Positions 49,901-60,303 of a DNA stretch of 64,000 nucleotides are shown piece by piece. The notes below the pieces were generated by a model. It searched no databases. It was given only the letters and a program-made list of their open reading frames with translations, and was not told the origin of the DNA. The translations under genes were made by a program, and so were the position numbers. Positions within the stretch are counted from its first letter, which is position 1. Every line of letters begins with the position of its first letter. The DNA is from a virus. Taxonomy: Duplodnaviria; Caudoviricetes. The DNA is taken from IMG/VR virus record IMGVR_UViG_3300043104_000334; one strand, 5' to 3'.

Positions 49901-52801
49901 TAAATCACCAACCCAATTCTTGAGTGAATCCCAAGTGTTATCAGTGTTTGTACTTGAACCATTTCGTACAGCTGTGTAATCGAGACTTCCTATAACAGAG
50001 CTAATATCTTTAGCATTGTAAAAGTTATCATCAACAGTAAGAATGATATCTCTGTCATAGTTTAACAAATCTCTTAACGTAGCAACACGAGTACCTGACA
50101 CCTCACCTGATACTTTTGCATTTACAATAGCAGAGTTATCAGTGTTGATATAGAGTGCTTTTCTATAGAATGCGTATTTATAATAGAAATCAGAAATAAA
50201 GTCTGTGTCACTAATGTACGAAATTGATTCAGCATCATAAAGATTTGTCTCTAACGGAACATACAATGCAGACACTGCAAATCCTTTACACCACTGGTCA
50301 GACATTGACTTATCTTCAATGTTGAAGAAGATGCCAAGAGGTTCATCTATAGAGGACTCTCCTGTAGTGGCTTGTGTATAAATATATGGATTATTTCTCA
50401 GCTCATTAAAGAATTCTTCATGGTCAGAATATATTCCAAGATATTCTTGTATTGCTGTTGTCCATCCACCAGTTTCTGCACTATTCAGAATATCAAGAAA
50501 TTCACAAAGGTCATGTAATTCGATAATAGACCTAAGCATGTTTATAGATACTTCATCACCATTTACTTGTAACGTTTCTCCGTCAAGTGAGTCTACTGAA
50601 TTACCAGTAAACCATGAAAACTGTCCATCGATATTACTCACGTAATTAGAATCGCTTGATGAATAATCGCCACCCTTAAAATATTCACGAAGGCCAGCTG
50701 GGTCATACTTATTTTCTTCGCCACCCTCACTAAATGCAGCTACATCAAATGCATAAGACACATCATAAAGTAAACATACAAATTTTGAAAGACCTCCCGC
50801 TGTTGATTCGAGGACTCCAAGATTTTCCATATTACTTCCAAATAATGTAATACCATCTGGAAGATTTAATGGCCAATATGTATCGTTTAGTCCATCGGAA
50901 AATTGTCCTATACTTTCTAGTATGCTAGCCAATGTTTGATCATATATATTGTAGATACTAGAGCTGTCTTCTGACCCAACACCATATAACTGCGTACCGA
51001 TAAGATACTGTACAAGTGTATTACAATTTCTAGCTACATTGTAAACAGAATTTGTATCACGAAGACTGGAGTCTCTATTATTTACTGTTTCAGATATCGT
51101 ATCTAGTATATTACTATTTTCACTAGCAAACGACGTTCCAATATTGGATGAATACTGCTCAGTTGGCACATACCCTGTTAATAATGGTAACAGCTCATTA
51201 GAGTTCAATGCATCATTGTCATCAATAAACGAACTATATGCAACACCAAGTAAATCTTGTTGAGCAGAAGTAAGACTATCCCATATGTCTTTAATACTAC
51301 TTTCAGTATCAGTATCTTTTTTCGTCCAATTGGTGTACATATATACCCTTTTATCTGAACCATAAACAATATACTTACCAGAATTAAAATTATCACTCGA
51401 GCTGCCTGCACAGTATATGTTATACCCCAAAATAAACGACATTATAATAAATGAATCTTCACTATTTATTTCTTTATAATCACCTTCAACCTGAATTTGT
51501 TCACCAAATTCTTGACTTAATCTTGTCGATTCACTTCGAGATACAAATTCATCAGCGTAATACCCTAATATCGAACCTAAATCTGGTGCACAATTTTTAA
51601 CTAAATTACAAAAATTTGGTAAGTAGGTCTTAAAGTCAGAGACACTAACATCAGTCTCACATAAATCACAGAATAAACCCATGAAAAACTGTGTAACATA
51701 ACCAATAGACGTATCGTCACTACTAGTTGACGTTAGTGCACTGACACTTGTATCACCGAAGTCTATAAAATCATCCAGTTCAATATCCTTTGGCATACTT
51801 ACATTATTTTTTAATAACCCTCTTGGATTATCTTCATCTTCTTCGTATTGCACAGTAATTGTATTTTCGTCTGTAGTCAGCTTCAATGTATATGGCGTAG
51901 ATACCATAATGCTCTGAGCTGAATCATCCCATGTTATGTATTCATTTAAATCAGTATATGTACCAATACTAGATAATGATTGACCATTAAAATCCTGTTG
52001 AAAAGCTTCCTTATCATATTTAGACTCAAGTAATAACCTTACTGCTGCTTCATCCAATATTACGCTACCATCGGAATTCATATTAGTATTACCTGACCAG
52101 TTTGTTACAACTGTATCGTTACACGTAATAAGAAAGAAATCTTTTGACTTAAGCGTAAGAAATGCAAAATCATCTTGTTTAGTAGCAATCTTTCCATATT
52201 GCAGCACGTATACAATTACATAACAGTAAAGCTTGTCTTCTGCATTATAATCACATGACACAATTAATTGGGAAGCTTGATTACTGTCAGACTGATTTGT
52301 ATAATACCAATAAATACCAGTAGTTGTTCCAAACTCCTCTTGTAACTCTGACTTTTCAGGTAGCCCAGATTCTTTTATATCAACATACCCACCACTTTTT
52401 ATTTTTATATTAGTAATCCGCTGATATATGATATCATAACATGTAGTGCTTGTTCCGTAATCTGAACCATCTGAATTCACAATCAGAGAACCATTTGACT
52501 TACCGTTCGAATCTTTTAAATTACCATCAGTTGTATCCATATACACACTCAGGTCACTTACTGACTTTACTGTAGGGCCGACTGAATTATCAGATTGATA
52601 TTTTGTCTTATCTGATAATGAATATAGCCCAAAATCAACATTCATTCTATCGACGCTTGCAGATTTAGGATCTATTGTATATTCACTAGGTAAATAGGTG
52701 GCTGCTTCAACAGTAACAGCTTCAGCAAGAATAGGCAGTATCATCATTATAATAATTATGACAATCATTACCCAGCTTATAAGTCTCTTAAATTTTCCCA
52801 T
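46961..52801 (-). CDS. Giant 1946-aa membrane protein, possible VirB6/TraG-like mating-pair component
   Basis: Signal peptide, long acidic ectodomain, two clusters of TM helices in the C-terminal third. Confidence 0.6.
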   Translation of the reverse strand: MGKFKRLISWVMIVIIIIMMILPILAEAVTVEAATYLPSEYTIDPKSASVDRMNVDFGLYSLSDKTKYQSDNSVGPTVKSVSDLSVYMDTTDGNLKDSNGKSNGSLIVNSDGSDYGTSTTCYDIIYQRITNIKIKSGGYVDIKESGLPEKSELQEEFGTTTGIYWYYTNQSDSNQASQLIVSCDYNAEDKLYCYVIVYVLQYGKIATKQDDFAFLTLKSKDFFLITCNDTVVTNWSGNTNMNSDGSVILDEAAVRLLLESKYDKEAFQQDFNGQSLSSIGTYTDLNEYITWDDSAQSIMVSTPYTLKLTTDENTITVQYEEDEDNPRGLLKNNVSMPKDIELDDFIDFGDTSVSALTSTSSDDTSIGYVTQFFMGLFCDLCETDVSVSDFKTYLPNFCNLVKNCAPDLGSILGYYADEFVSRSESTRLSQEFGEQIQVEGDYKEINSEDSFIIMSFILGYNIYCAGSSSDNFNSGKYIVYGSDKRVYMYTNWTKKDTDTESSIKDIWDSLTSAQQDLLGVAYSSFIDDNDALNSNELLPLLTGYVPTEQYSSNIGTSFASENSNILDTISETVNNRDSSLRDTNSVYNVARNCNTLVQYLIGTQLYGVGSEDSSSIYNIYDQTLASILESIGQFSDGLNDTYWPLNLPDGITLFGSNMENLGVLESTAGGLSKFVCLLYDVSYAFDVAAFSEGGEENKYDPAGLREYFKGGDYSSSDSNYVSNIDGQFSWFTGNSVDSLDGETLQVNGDEVSINMLRSIIELHDLCEFLDILNSAETGGWTTAIQEYLGIYSDHEEFFNELRNNPYIYTQATTGESSIDEPLGIFFNIEDKSMSDQWCKGFAVSALYVPLETNLYDAESISYISDTDFISDFYYKYAFYRKALYINTDNSAIVNAKVSGEVSGTRVATLRDLLNYDRDIILTVDDNFYNAKDISSVIGSLDYTAVRNGSSTNTDNTWDSLKNWVGDLFDLSAEQILKTGSNTYYSSTLANSVTKLGGTPTLTSSIADVYVLSDDDLIGENSVFNEYEYSVKQSYGVVSAVYRSAELYNECLRALASDNAIFKSSKAICSTPGTTSSDWRSIYNYCMLANLEDQMKNDSASALDLDAPIFCDLFGNIITESGLVIIPAACNATLCGTNWNPNTVGWSEYYNNGNKLVTGEFSDEVYEWLTGVSYESNGETTQQVQYISGYDDDGNPIYTTSTITASDTTSVGQYGEEVKRENAGGYMIVDRSGVLTLRTSSLSGQSSSAIIQWENLNKNSTIVKELFYNDAYFNKAASGAIYSKTLVNLVVETLRGAPIEYIDYDYEGLSGATDISKAGVYMAYKLEELTDALVVSANGSETGGNSIVTIPNLAFVTGIEYIVLYVFKVVFALMLVGLAISLYLDAVKNHLGIKSVGKFIFTCMLVLVVLTVVPNLISWSYYKANKQLLASESGYIMMLNYVKSFDGAEIGITSVTTPETTTELYVKLDDVSVNWWEIISEVLFNNTYSTVTELYESQLTDNAMALQDNVELKGDGLYMNVQSIFDSTSIVYYPTQNQLSNIAYSSSSGSGTAGDKDSVVSFTIPYYVFLDKLVANIDEYNTSKDITAYSWDVGSNGHIMTYDIISPYLTSSEFLDDGYDILGLNEVLQTGTNLMSYTSGTFTDEQISKMKQSRWYPTGTTEDDSTQTKINEIYEYARNYIAANKSVLGKIPDEVFLKVFALQLSIKFNQVFNIHTGNAIEIMNIDTRDIIRLMIADRGSVYKYYSYSFARFAYEESGTIGVILTAFYLVLLWLTSMMKPICLIIIIALLLINSVFRKVLFRKDSKCVEGYLIGCACLVMVNYAYAGMLKLSLSISEYGFGSVLALTVGLLTQIAYIFGLCGIVYIEIKDWQNNGFSEWAHIGSSITSGLLHAQNVIAEKILSKQNNAYGDSRTSRRYSSDDYDSNSVDDMLARDEEREENGTYSPI

Positions 52802-52846
52802 TATTCCTTACCTCTCTATTGTAAATATTTAAATAGTTACAATAAT

Positions 52847-52874
52847 ATTGGGGATGTAAACATACATCCCCAAT
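52847..52874 (-). terminator. Rho-independent terminator-like hairpin
   Basis: ATTGGGGATGTA-AACA-TACATCCCCAAT with AT-rich flanks. Confidence 0.65.
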
Positions 52875-52914
52875 TGTGTTGTTTGTTATTTTGTCTTTGA
52901 TTTCATCGTAATTG

Positions 52915-54462
52915 CTAGTTCATACTTGATTTCTTAAGCGTATCTGCACTTAGTGTTTTAACTCCAACACACGTTGTTGTATCAACATCAGTCCATGTGC
53001 TTAATAAGTATGTCGGGTTACTGTCAGCTGACTTCGTGAGTCTGAATTCTGTAACACGAACGGTAGTACTTGACTTTCCACTATCACTAGTTATAGCAAC
53101 TGACCAATCACCAACCAAGCTAACTTTTAAGTATGCAAACTTTTGATCTGTACTCATAGCCTTAGATAATCTTTCACGGTCTGATGAACTAAACGATAAT
53201 AATGGTGTTGCGCTACTCGTCTGTGATACAGATGCTGTCTGCAATGTAGCATTAAAAGAAGCAATATCATTACCGTCTGTATCAATTGCGGTAACAGTCA
53301 CAACTTTTCCAAGTGTTCCCTTTATGTCCCCAGTACCGTCACCTACCTTGATTGCATTTATAGTCAAGGTAAATGCACCATTGGCTACTTCTGGAACACT
53401 ACTTATACCACCACATACAATAAGGTTAGCAGAACTAATATTTGCAACGGCAACAGGAGTAGCAGTGATTGACCATACCATGTAGTCATCAGAACTTAAC
53501 AGTGTAGTATGCTGGCTAGTGAGAATGCTACTTGCCTGTATCCAATATTTATAGCTCATTGTACCATTGGTCGCTTGCGCCGAATATACACCACCATCAA
53601 TCAGCTTATACGAATTTGATACAGACACAGCACTAGACTGAATTGTAGCATTTATAGATACAGAGTAACCCTCATTTGCACCAAGTACTGTTCTACAAGT
53701 TTCATTGTCAAATGCATCAATAAGGTTCTGTTCAATAACATATGCAACATTCTGAACATTACTCTTATCCATATCACTGTACTTAGTTGCCATGACAGAA
53801 ACCATATCACTAGCCATTGTGTTGATATTCTGTTCAAGTGCATCCTGTGAACCGTCTGTTGACAATGTATAGACTGTAAAGTTATCACTGATGCCTGATA
53901 CAACCTGTACAGGGTCAACGTTATTGATTACGGCTGATAAGGCATATGTTGCACCCGAGCCAATCCAGTTTGCAATCTTTGCAGGATAGCCAAAGAAGAT
54001 AAGCATACCTATGAAAATCTGTGCCACAAGAAGTGGAATAGACTTCATGAAATATTGTTTCTTATCAACAGGTGCACCATCTTCAAAATCAGTAAGCTGC
54101 TTTATATTGGGAATAAGTCCCAATACGAATGTAAGCAATCCACCGAGTTTCTGTACAGCTGCATTACCACGCCCGGGCACGTTGATACCCTGAATCGTAC
54201 CAGTAACACCAGCTACAGCCTGATTCTTTACATCATCAACCTTATCCCAAAAAGCCGGGTTGACAACATAAAGGCCGGACATAGCATTCTTAAGAATTGA
54301 GAAAATTACGATTCCAAATCCAACAATAGAGATTACCCAACATGAGAACGTTCCAAGGGCACTCACGATATCATTAATTTGATACAGATTACCCTCTGTC
54401 CAAGCTTCACTGAACAAGTTCTGGCTGGCATCTACTGTGGAAGCTACAGTTGTGAAGTTCAT
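52915..54462 (-). CDS. Membrane protein with S/T-rich beta ectodomain
   Basis: 2-3 N-terminal TMs; GGAGG RBS. Confidence 0.75.
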   Translation of the reverse strand: MNFTTVASTVDASQNLFSEAWTEGNLYQINDIVSALGTFSCWVISIVGFGIVIFSILKNAMSGLYVVNPAFWDKVDDVKNQAVAGVTGTIQGINVPGRGNAAVQKLGGLLTFVLGLIPNIKQLTDFEDGAPVDKKQYFMKSIPLLVAQIFIGMLIFFGYPAKIANWIGSGATYALSAVINNVDPVQVVSGISDNFTVYTLSTDGSQDALEQNINTMASDMVSVMATKYSDMDKSNVQNVAYVIEQNLIDAFDNETCRTVLGANEGYSVSINATIQSSAVSVSNSYKLIDGGVYSAQATNGTMSYKYWIQASSILTSQHTTLLSSDDYMVWSITATPVAVANISSANLIVCGGISSVPEVANGAFTLTINAIKVGDGTGDIKGTLGKVVTVTAIDTDGNDIASFNATLQTASVSQTSSATPLLSFSSSDRERLSKAMSTDQKFAYLKVSLVGDWSVAITSDSGKSSTTVRVTEFRLTKSADSNPTYLLSTWTDVDTTTCVGVKTLSADTLKKSSMN

Positions 54463-54493
54463 TCTTCTACCTCCATTATGTCTACACTAACCA

Positions 54494-57400
54494 TTATAAT
54501 GTCTTTGCCCATTTCATTATTGTACCGTACCACTCTGCGCCCCACATAATTATTCTTATAAGATTTCCATTTAAGAATAGTGCGAATGCTAAGTACAATA
54601 GTATACATGGTAGAAGAACTTTTCTCCAGTTCCAATTGGCTATATTGCGTCCACCAAATGTAAGAACACGAACCGGGTCAATGAACTTGTCACAAAGAAT
54701 TTGTACTATTTTAATATCCCCAACAAAACTTAATCCAATAAGAATTGTCATAAGGATAATACCAATCATAGGTAATACCTTAAATGCAAATATGATAAGG
54801 AAAGACGCTCCCGTATCTATTGCAGTTAAGATGTCTGATGTTCCTAAGCCATCCAACCAGTCTTCCAGTGGATTAGTATAGTAATCATCAATTTCAATTT
54901 CACTTACTCCTGAACCATAATCAACCGTGATTCCACTAGGCTCAATGATAAGTACATCATAGGCTGACGAACGATATACTCTATACGCTTTTGTAGCGCC
55001 ATCAAGTGCTATAGGATTATACTTGGTTGATACAAAGTTAAATAATTTAGTAGTCGAGTCCGATGTACTTGAATTAAGCTTAACTTGCGTTGAACCATAA
55101 TAAACCTTTGTTGCATCAGTTACATATTGAGTAATATCATTTATCTCGATAGTCTCTAACGAGTTACCACCAAACTTATTATAAATACCAGTTGGTGCAG
55201 GAATGAAATAGTTTACAGAACTTGAGTCTTCATATGTTGTTGTTACACCTAATGAAGTATCAAACTTCTGTAAGAACGGTAAGATATTTGTTGTTGTCTC
55301 GGCATCAGTATACTGATCACCAAGTTTTGCCACATCACTTGTGGTTATACCTTTATAGGCTGTTCCATCAATACGTATGTAAGGTGAATCTGACTTATCA
55401 GATAATGTAACACCATACGGCAAAGACTTACCAGTTTTCCTAGTATTGTCTTTGAACTTTACTGCTGTACCATAATAGTTAAGATTATAGTTAATAATCT
55501 TAGGGTTAGCACTATTTGACGTATCCAGAGCCAATGGCAATAGGTATTCGCCCTCAAGATATTTCTTTAAGGTGAATTCTGAGTTGCTAGGTAGATTGTA
55601 AATATATCCAATACTATCCACCCAGTATATAGCACCCGCATCATTTGATGTAAGAGCAACATTCGTATTACCAGTCTCATCAGTGGTATTCCAACCACAA
55701 CAGTTTGAAATAGACTGGTCGGTGAGATCAAATCTACGAATCACATAATCTGCTGAGAAATAATACTTACCAGTGTAAGAATAGAGATTAGCAATTGCAT
55801 CATAAGTCATCTTAAGATACCATGGCATACTCTCATCATCAGCATCATATCCATAGACATTTTTTAACTGTTGTTTTAGAGAAACGGTTGACGAAGTATA
55901 TGACAAGGATGCTTCTTCAACCTTGGATGCCAAATCACTCCATCGTGTATCAGCATCCTCAGGTGCACTCACTTTTTGTTTAGTGTCACTGCCCTTGTCA
56001 ACAAATCCATTCTCGAACGCAGTTCTTAAATAATAAACATATAGTTGTGCTACTGCACCATCTTCTGTATCTTTTATGAAACATAGGTAGTTTGCAGTAG
56101 GTACAAATGTTGATAAACGCAATCTGGAGATATCACTTGAATCTTCCCAATAGGTATATCCATCAAGAGATTCACCATCGTAGATTGTGCTCTTAATCAT
56201 ATTAAGAGAACAAGCTGCACTTGTAGATACAGCATCGGAAGTAGTGATACTACTTACTTCCGGATAATTGTAGCAAGCAACATCAACAGTATTGAACCAG
56301 TCACTTGAAACACCACTTGTATCAAGGTCATAGATAACACAATCTGCAACACCAAGATTACTCTGGAAAGTTTCGGTCTTAGTGTCATTAACTGTGTAAC
56401 TATTTCTAACGATACCCATTACACAGCGGTAATCAAAGTACATCTCATTATCCTGTTCACTATCAATGTAAACAAGAGTAGGAGCTGAACCATTGTCATA
56501 CATAAGGTCATACAGAGTATTACCAATCTGTATAGTATGCTGTGTATCATTTACAATAACCTGACCCTCAGTAGTCATGAAATAGTAAGCACCATTATCA
56601 CGTAATTTTGGCTGTCCATCAGATGTAGTAACTACAACATAGCCAGATGCTACCATATCACTCCATGAAATAAGAATCTGTTGATTCCTATCCATGATAG
56701 TTGTTGTTGCAACTGATGTTTCAATAGATGTTGCAGACTCACTAGTATCTGCATCTGTAGATGTGTCAGCAGCGATTTCTCCTAAGTCCTCACTAACGGC
56801 TTTTAACGCAGATTCAGTACCGTATACTGTATAGGCAGAACCATTATACGTTGCACCAATAATACCCTGCGAAATAAGATTGGAAATATATGTATCGTCT
56901 GAAGAACTGTAAAACTTTGTAAGATTCTCTTTTAAAAATGCTTTATAATCTCCGCTCACTGCTGCACTATAATTGGTCGAATCAAACGCAACAGATACTT
57001 GTTGATTGTTACTGTTATCCGTGTAGTCAGCCATATAAGACTCTGGGTACATGCCAAGCAGAAATTGGGTAAGAAAAGTATTATACGTTTTCTCCACAGT
57101 GTATGCATCTACATTTGACGTTCTACGTGTACTCGACGAAAAAGATGACTTACTTTTTTCACGCAATGTATCCCAAAACTTAGAATTAAGACTAGTTGAA
57201 TCATCTGCATGAAAGTAAGCCTGAAATCCAGTAAGCAGTGAATTAGACATCAGACTAGACTGTATAAATGAAACCATCGTACCATTGTTATCACCAATGT
57301 AATTAAATTTCATTCTTGTACCATATTCATATATGGTACTGAGTCTATTTAATAGCTTAACATCTGCAGACGATGGTATACTCACAGTACTATTCGTAAC

Positions 57401-59896
57401 AAATGCACTATCAGACGTATACCCAGTAATTAAATTATATTTTACAGGATTGTAGTCAGCTAGTGATGTTAAAGTCTGTTTTGATGTACTATTTACATTT
57501 GCATTAGCAGCATAAATCTGAACTCTCCAGCTAGCCTCGGATGAATAATGTACCAACTGTGCATCATCGTCATCTATACTTAGCGTGGCAGCATTTACAG
57601 ACATCGGCGTAGTCAGCGCAGTCAACTTTGCAGACAGTGTCTCCAACACTGTAGCATTCGAAGACGTCTCTGTTGACGCTTTAGGTTTATCTTCTCCTGC
57701 TCTGATATAGTCAGTACAGTTCCTTGTAGCATACTCAGACTTCTTATCAAATGTAAGATAATATCCTGAGTCAAGTGTTACTGTTGCAACCTTGTTATCA
57801 TCATCACCGCTTATAGTGTATTTTGAGAAATATCCACCACCGAGTGCACTACTAGGAATCTCCAGATAAGTAACAGTGTTATCTTGCATTGTTGTGTCAC
57901 CCTCAACATGCATGGTAACATAGAAGTTTCCTGTATACGTTTTTGGAACTGATACTTTATACCATTCTGTTCCATCAGTAAGAGTTATTGTTGAGACACT
58001 TACTGCTGAGCCATCGATCATCTCACTTATATCAGTGCTCTGCTTCGACATTACAACTGGAGTTCCAGTTGTGCCTAATGTTACCTCATTTGTTTTGCAG
58101 AGTAAATAATCATATGTAGATGATGCCGCATGGTCATACGTTGAACTTGTTGCAAACTGACCATTTGAAATGCTCATATCATAAACAGGATAGTAATAAT
58201 CTTCCTGCATAACATCACTTAAGTTAAGGACAATATCAATTGTCTTATAATCCGTTCTTGAATCTTCATCGGCAATTCGCATAGCCATTGTAAGCAGCTG
58301 GTCACGCGTGATATAACCTGTATAAGATATATCATAGAGGATTGATTCGTTACCCTCAGTGTATTCATTGAAATCAAGAATTCCACGAGCAGCAAGATAG
58401 GCCCATGCATCTGCAATATCAGTACCGAGCTGAATAGGATAGTGAGTACCGTAAACCTGTAATAAAGCCTTGAGCTCACTATCATTCATGACAGGTTCAC
58501 CATAAGCCTGCATCATCCTCGTTGCAAGCTGGAAGAACTCTGAAAATGTAATAGGCTCTCTAGCTGATTCAGCATACTCACTAGGGATAAACCCTGCATT
58601 AATTGCTTTGCTCCAATAGATATAGTCCATTGTAGCAGTGCCAGAATCTTCACCAGATTTTGCTATTGTCTTAGAAATGATATTAGACCGTGACATAAAC
58701 ATATAGAAGTCCCAGCCATTATATCCATCATCCCCAGCGACTGGATTTGATAATCCAGTAAATACAGGCGAAGACTCAGGAGTAATAGTTGTATCCTTGG
58801 ACATAAAACTTTGATACGAAATTTGCTCCTGTCCAAGTGCACGATAAAGTACTGTTACAGCATCAATCCAACAAATATTATCCTCCGGAATAAGTTCCTG
58901 ATAATAGGAAAGAATACTTGCAGTAGCAGATTCGCCATCAGTGGCGACATATGACTGATTGTTACCAGATAATCCAGTAGCAGTTGTATCAGCCTCAGCA
59001 ACGTTTGTCTGTAAAATCAATCCCTCTGCTCTAACAATAATATCATATCCAAGAATCTCTTGTGCACGTGTAGTACGTGAATTATTTGGATTGTTAAGTG
59101 TAGTAATGCCGGTGTCCCAATAGCCGGTATACACACTCGCAAATTTCCCTGTAACAGTGACAAAATCCTCAAGATAAGGAATATCTGATGATGCAGGCTT
59201 CCATAAGCAATTTGAATACGTGTTATTTAATGAATATACATGTGCAACTTTATAGTTATGTTGCATATTCTCAATAACCTGAGTCATATCATCAAGCTGC
59301 TTAGATATAGTGGATAAGCTAGTATCCATGTTTCCAGATATCTCGATAATAGATTCCATATTACCATTAACAGTCTGGAATTCAAGTTGCAGATTCTGTT
59401 TAAAGTTGCTGTTGATAGAGGTAGCAGCATCCGATATCGCAGTAGTGATACTTGTAGCAGCATCCCCGACAGCTTCACTCACCTTGTCATCATCACTACT
59501 CAAAGTTGAATTTATGGAATTAAGTGTTGACTGAATCCCACTCAAATCCGTATTTGTTGTTCCTATTGCATCTTTGATTGCAGTAGCGTTATTGTTGAGG
59601 TCCGCCATCGTAATGCTACCAGTGCCCATGATAGTACTGATAGCGTCCGTAGCGTCACACTCAAATGTATATGTACTGCCAAGAGAATTGTCATCATCCT
59701 CAGAAGCAGAAGCAGTTACATTGCCACTATTCCGCGCAAGATAGATAAGGTTATCCTTTATGATACCACATTTATCAACGATACCACTATCAGCAATTGC
59801 ACCACATATTGTAGCAACCGGATTAACGTTAAGCGTAAAACTTAAAATGAAACAAGCTGTACCGGCAAGAATCCTTTTTCTTCTTTGTCTATTCAT
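54494..59896 (-). CDS. Giant 1800-aa surface protein with SLH-like motifs and C-terminal TMs
   Basis: Signal peptide, coiled coil, ICWIDAVTVLYRALG / ITFSEFFQLATRMM / ITRDQLLTMAMR (SLH-like), two C-terminal TMs. Confidence 0.65.
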   Translation of the reverse strand: MNRQRRKRILAGTACFILSFTLNVNPVATICGAIADSGIVDKCGIIKDNLIYLARNSGNVTASASEDDDNSLGSTYTFECDATDAISTIMGTGSITMADLNNNATAIKDAIGTTNTDLSGIQSTLNSINSTLSSDDDKVSEAVGDAATSITTAISDAATSINSNFKQNLQLEFQTVNGNMESIIEISGNMDTSLSTISKQLDDMTQVIENMQHNYKVAHVYSLNNTYSNCLWKPASSDIPYLEDFVTVTGKFASVYTGYWDTGITTLNNPNNSRTTRAQEILGYDIIVRAEGLILQTNVAEADTTATGLSGNNQSYVATDGESATASILSYYQELIPEDNICWIDAVTVLYRALGQEQISYQSFMSKDTTITPESSPVFTGLSNPVAGDDGYNGWDFYMFMSRSNIISKTIAKSGEDSGTATMDYIYWSKAINAGFIPSEYAESAREPITFSEFFQLATRMMQAYGEPVMNDSELKALLQVYGTHYPIQLGTDIADAWAYLAARGILDFNEYTEGNESILYDISYTGYITRDQLLTMAMRIADEDSRTDYKTIDIVLNLSDVMQEDYYYPVYDMSISNGQFATSSTYDHAASSTYDYLLCKTNEVTLGTTGTPVVMSKQSTDISEMIDGSAVSVSTITLTDGTEWYKVSVPKTYTGNFYVTMHVEGDTTMQDNTVTYLEIPSSALGGGYFSKYTISGDDDNKVATVTLDSGYYLTFDKKSEYATRNCTDYIRAGEDKPKASTETSSNATVLETLSAKLTALTTPMSVNAATLSIDDDDAQLVHYSSEASWRVQIYAANANVNSTSKQTLTSLADYNPVKYNLITGYTSDSAFVTNSTVSIPSSADVKLLNRLSTIYEYGTRMKFNYIGDNNGTMVSFIQSSLMSNSLLTGFQAYFHADDSTSLNSKFWDTLREKSKSSFSSSTRRTSNVDAYTVEKTYNTFLTQFLLGMYPESYMADYTDNSNNQQVSVAFDSTNYSAAVSGDYKAFLKENLTKFYSSSDDTYISNLISQGIIGATYNGSAYTVYGTESALKAVSEDLGEIAADTSTDADTSESATSIETSVATTTIMDRNQQILISWSDMVASGYVVVTTSDGQPKLRDNGAYYFMTTEGQVIVNDTQHTIQIGNTLYDLMYDNGSAPTLVYIDSEQDNEMYFDYRCVMGIVRNSYTVNDTKTETFQSNLGVADCVIYDLDTSGVSSDWFNTVDVACYNYPEVSSITTSDAVSTSAACSLNMIKSTIYDGESLDGYTYWEDSSDISRLRLSTFVPTANYLCFIKDTEDGAVAQLYVYYLRTAFENGFVDKGSDTKQKVSAPEDADTRWSDLASKVEEASLSYTSSTVSLKQQLKNVYGYDADDESMPWYLKMTYDAIANLYSYTGKYYFSADYVIRRFDLTDQSISNCCGWNTTDETGNTNVALTSNDAGAIYWVDSIGYIYNLPSNSEFTLKKYLEGEYLLPLALDTSNSANPKIINYNLNYYGTAVKFKDNTRKTGKSLPYGVTLSDKSDSPYIRIDGTAYKGITTSDVAKLGDQYTDAETTTNILPFLQKFDTSLGVTTTYEDSSSVNYFIPAPTGIYNKFGGNSLETIEINDITQYVTDATKVYYGSTQVKLNSSTSDSTTKLFNFVSTKYNPIALDGATKAYRVYRSSAYDVLIIEPSGITVDYGSGVSEIEIDDYYTNPLEDWLDGLGTSDILTAIDTGASFLIIFAFKVLPMIGIILMTILIGLSFVGDIKIVQILCDKFIDPVRVLTFGGRNIANWNWRKVLLPCILLYLAFALFLNGNLIRIIMWGAEWYGTIMKWAKTL

Positions 59897-59897
59897 T

Positions 59898-60290
59898 TTA
59901 GGTCACCTTCCTCCTGATTTTCACTATAAACATATAGTCTACATTTATAGGTAAATCCTGTTTGAATATCTCAAATGTGTAGTATCTTCCAAGCCCTCTC
60001 ACAGGATGTATTACTTCATCCAAGTAAGGTATATATTTGGATGATACGGACAGGGTTACCGAATCATGCTCACCACTTTCAAGCTGTTGCGCAGCTGTCC
60101 TAAGCAACTTTGTTAGGGATGCTTCCATTCGTAATTGCATACTCGATAATTTCTCCGCGGCATCAAGTTCAGCAACATCATCGTTATTAAACTTGTGTAC
60201 CAAAAGCTTAAGCTGGTCTAACCAAGACAACTTGGCTAGCGTCGTATTTTCCGTAGCTTTAATATGCGAACTAACTATTTCACCGTCCAT
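59898..60290 (-). CDS. Hypothetical protein (start revised to MDGEIV)
   Basis: AAAGGA RBS; 1 bp from the giant gene. Confidence 0.7.
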   Translation of the reverse strand: MDGEIVSSHIKATENTTLAKLSWLDQLKLLVHKFNNDDVAELDAAEKLSSMQLRMEASLTKLLRTAAQQLESGEHDSVTLSVSSKYIPYLDEVIHPVRGLGRYYTFEIFKQDLPINVDYMFIVKIRRKVT

Positions 60291-60303
60291 ACTTAAGTTC
60301 CTT

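Noticed and set aside
20406-60290. Internal LLxAA-like strings (DLNELLAAVQ in 20406; KLLRTAAQQ in 59898) as extra tag copies
   Set aside because: Internal, imperfect, and expected by chance in helices
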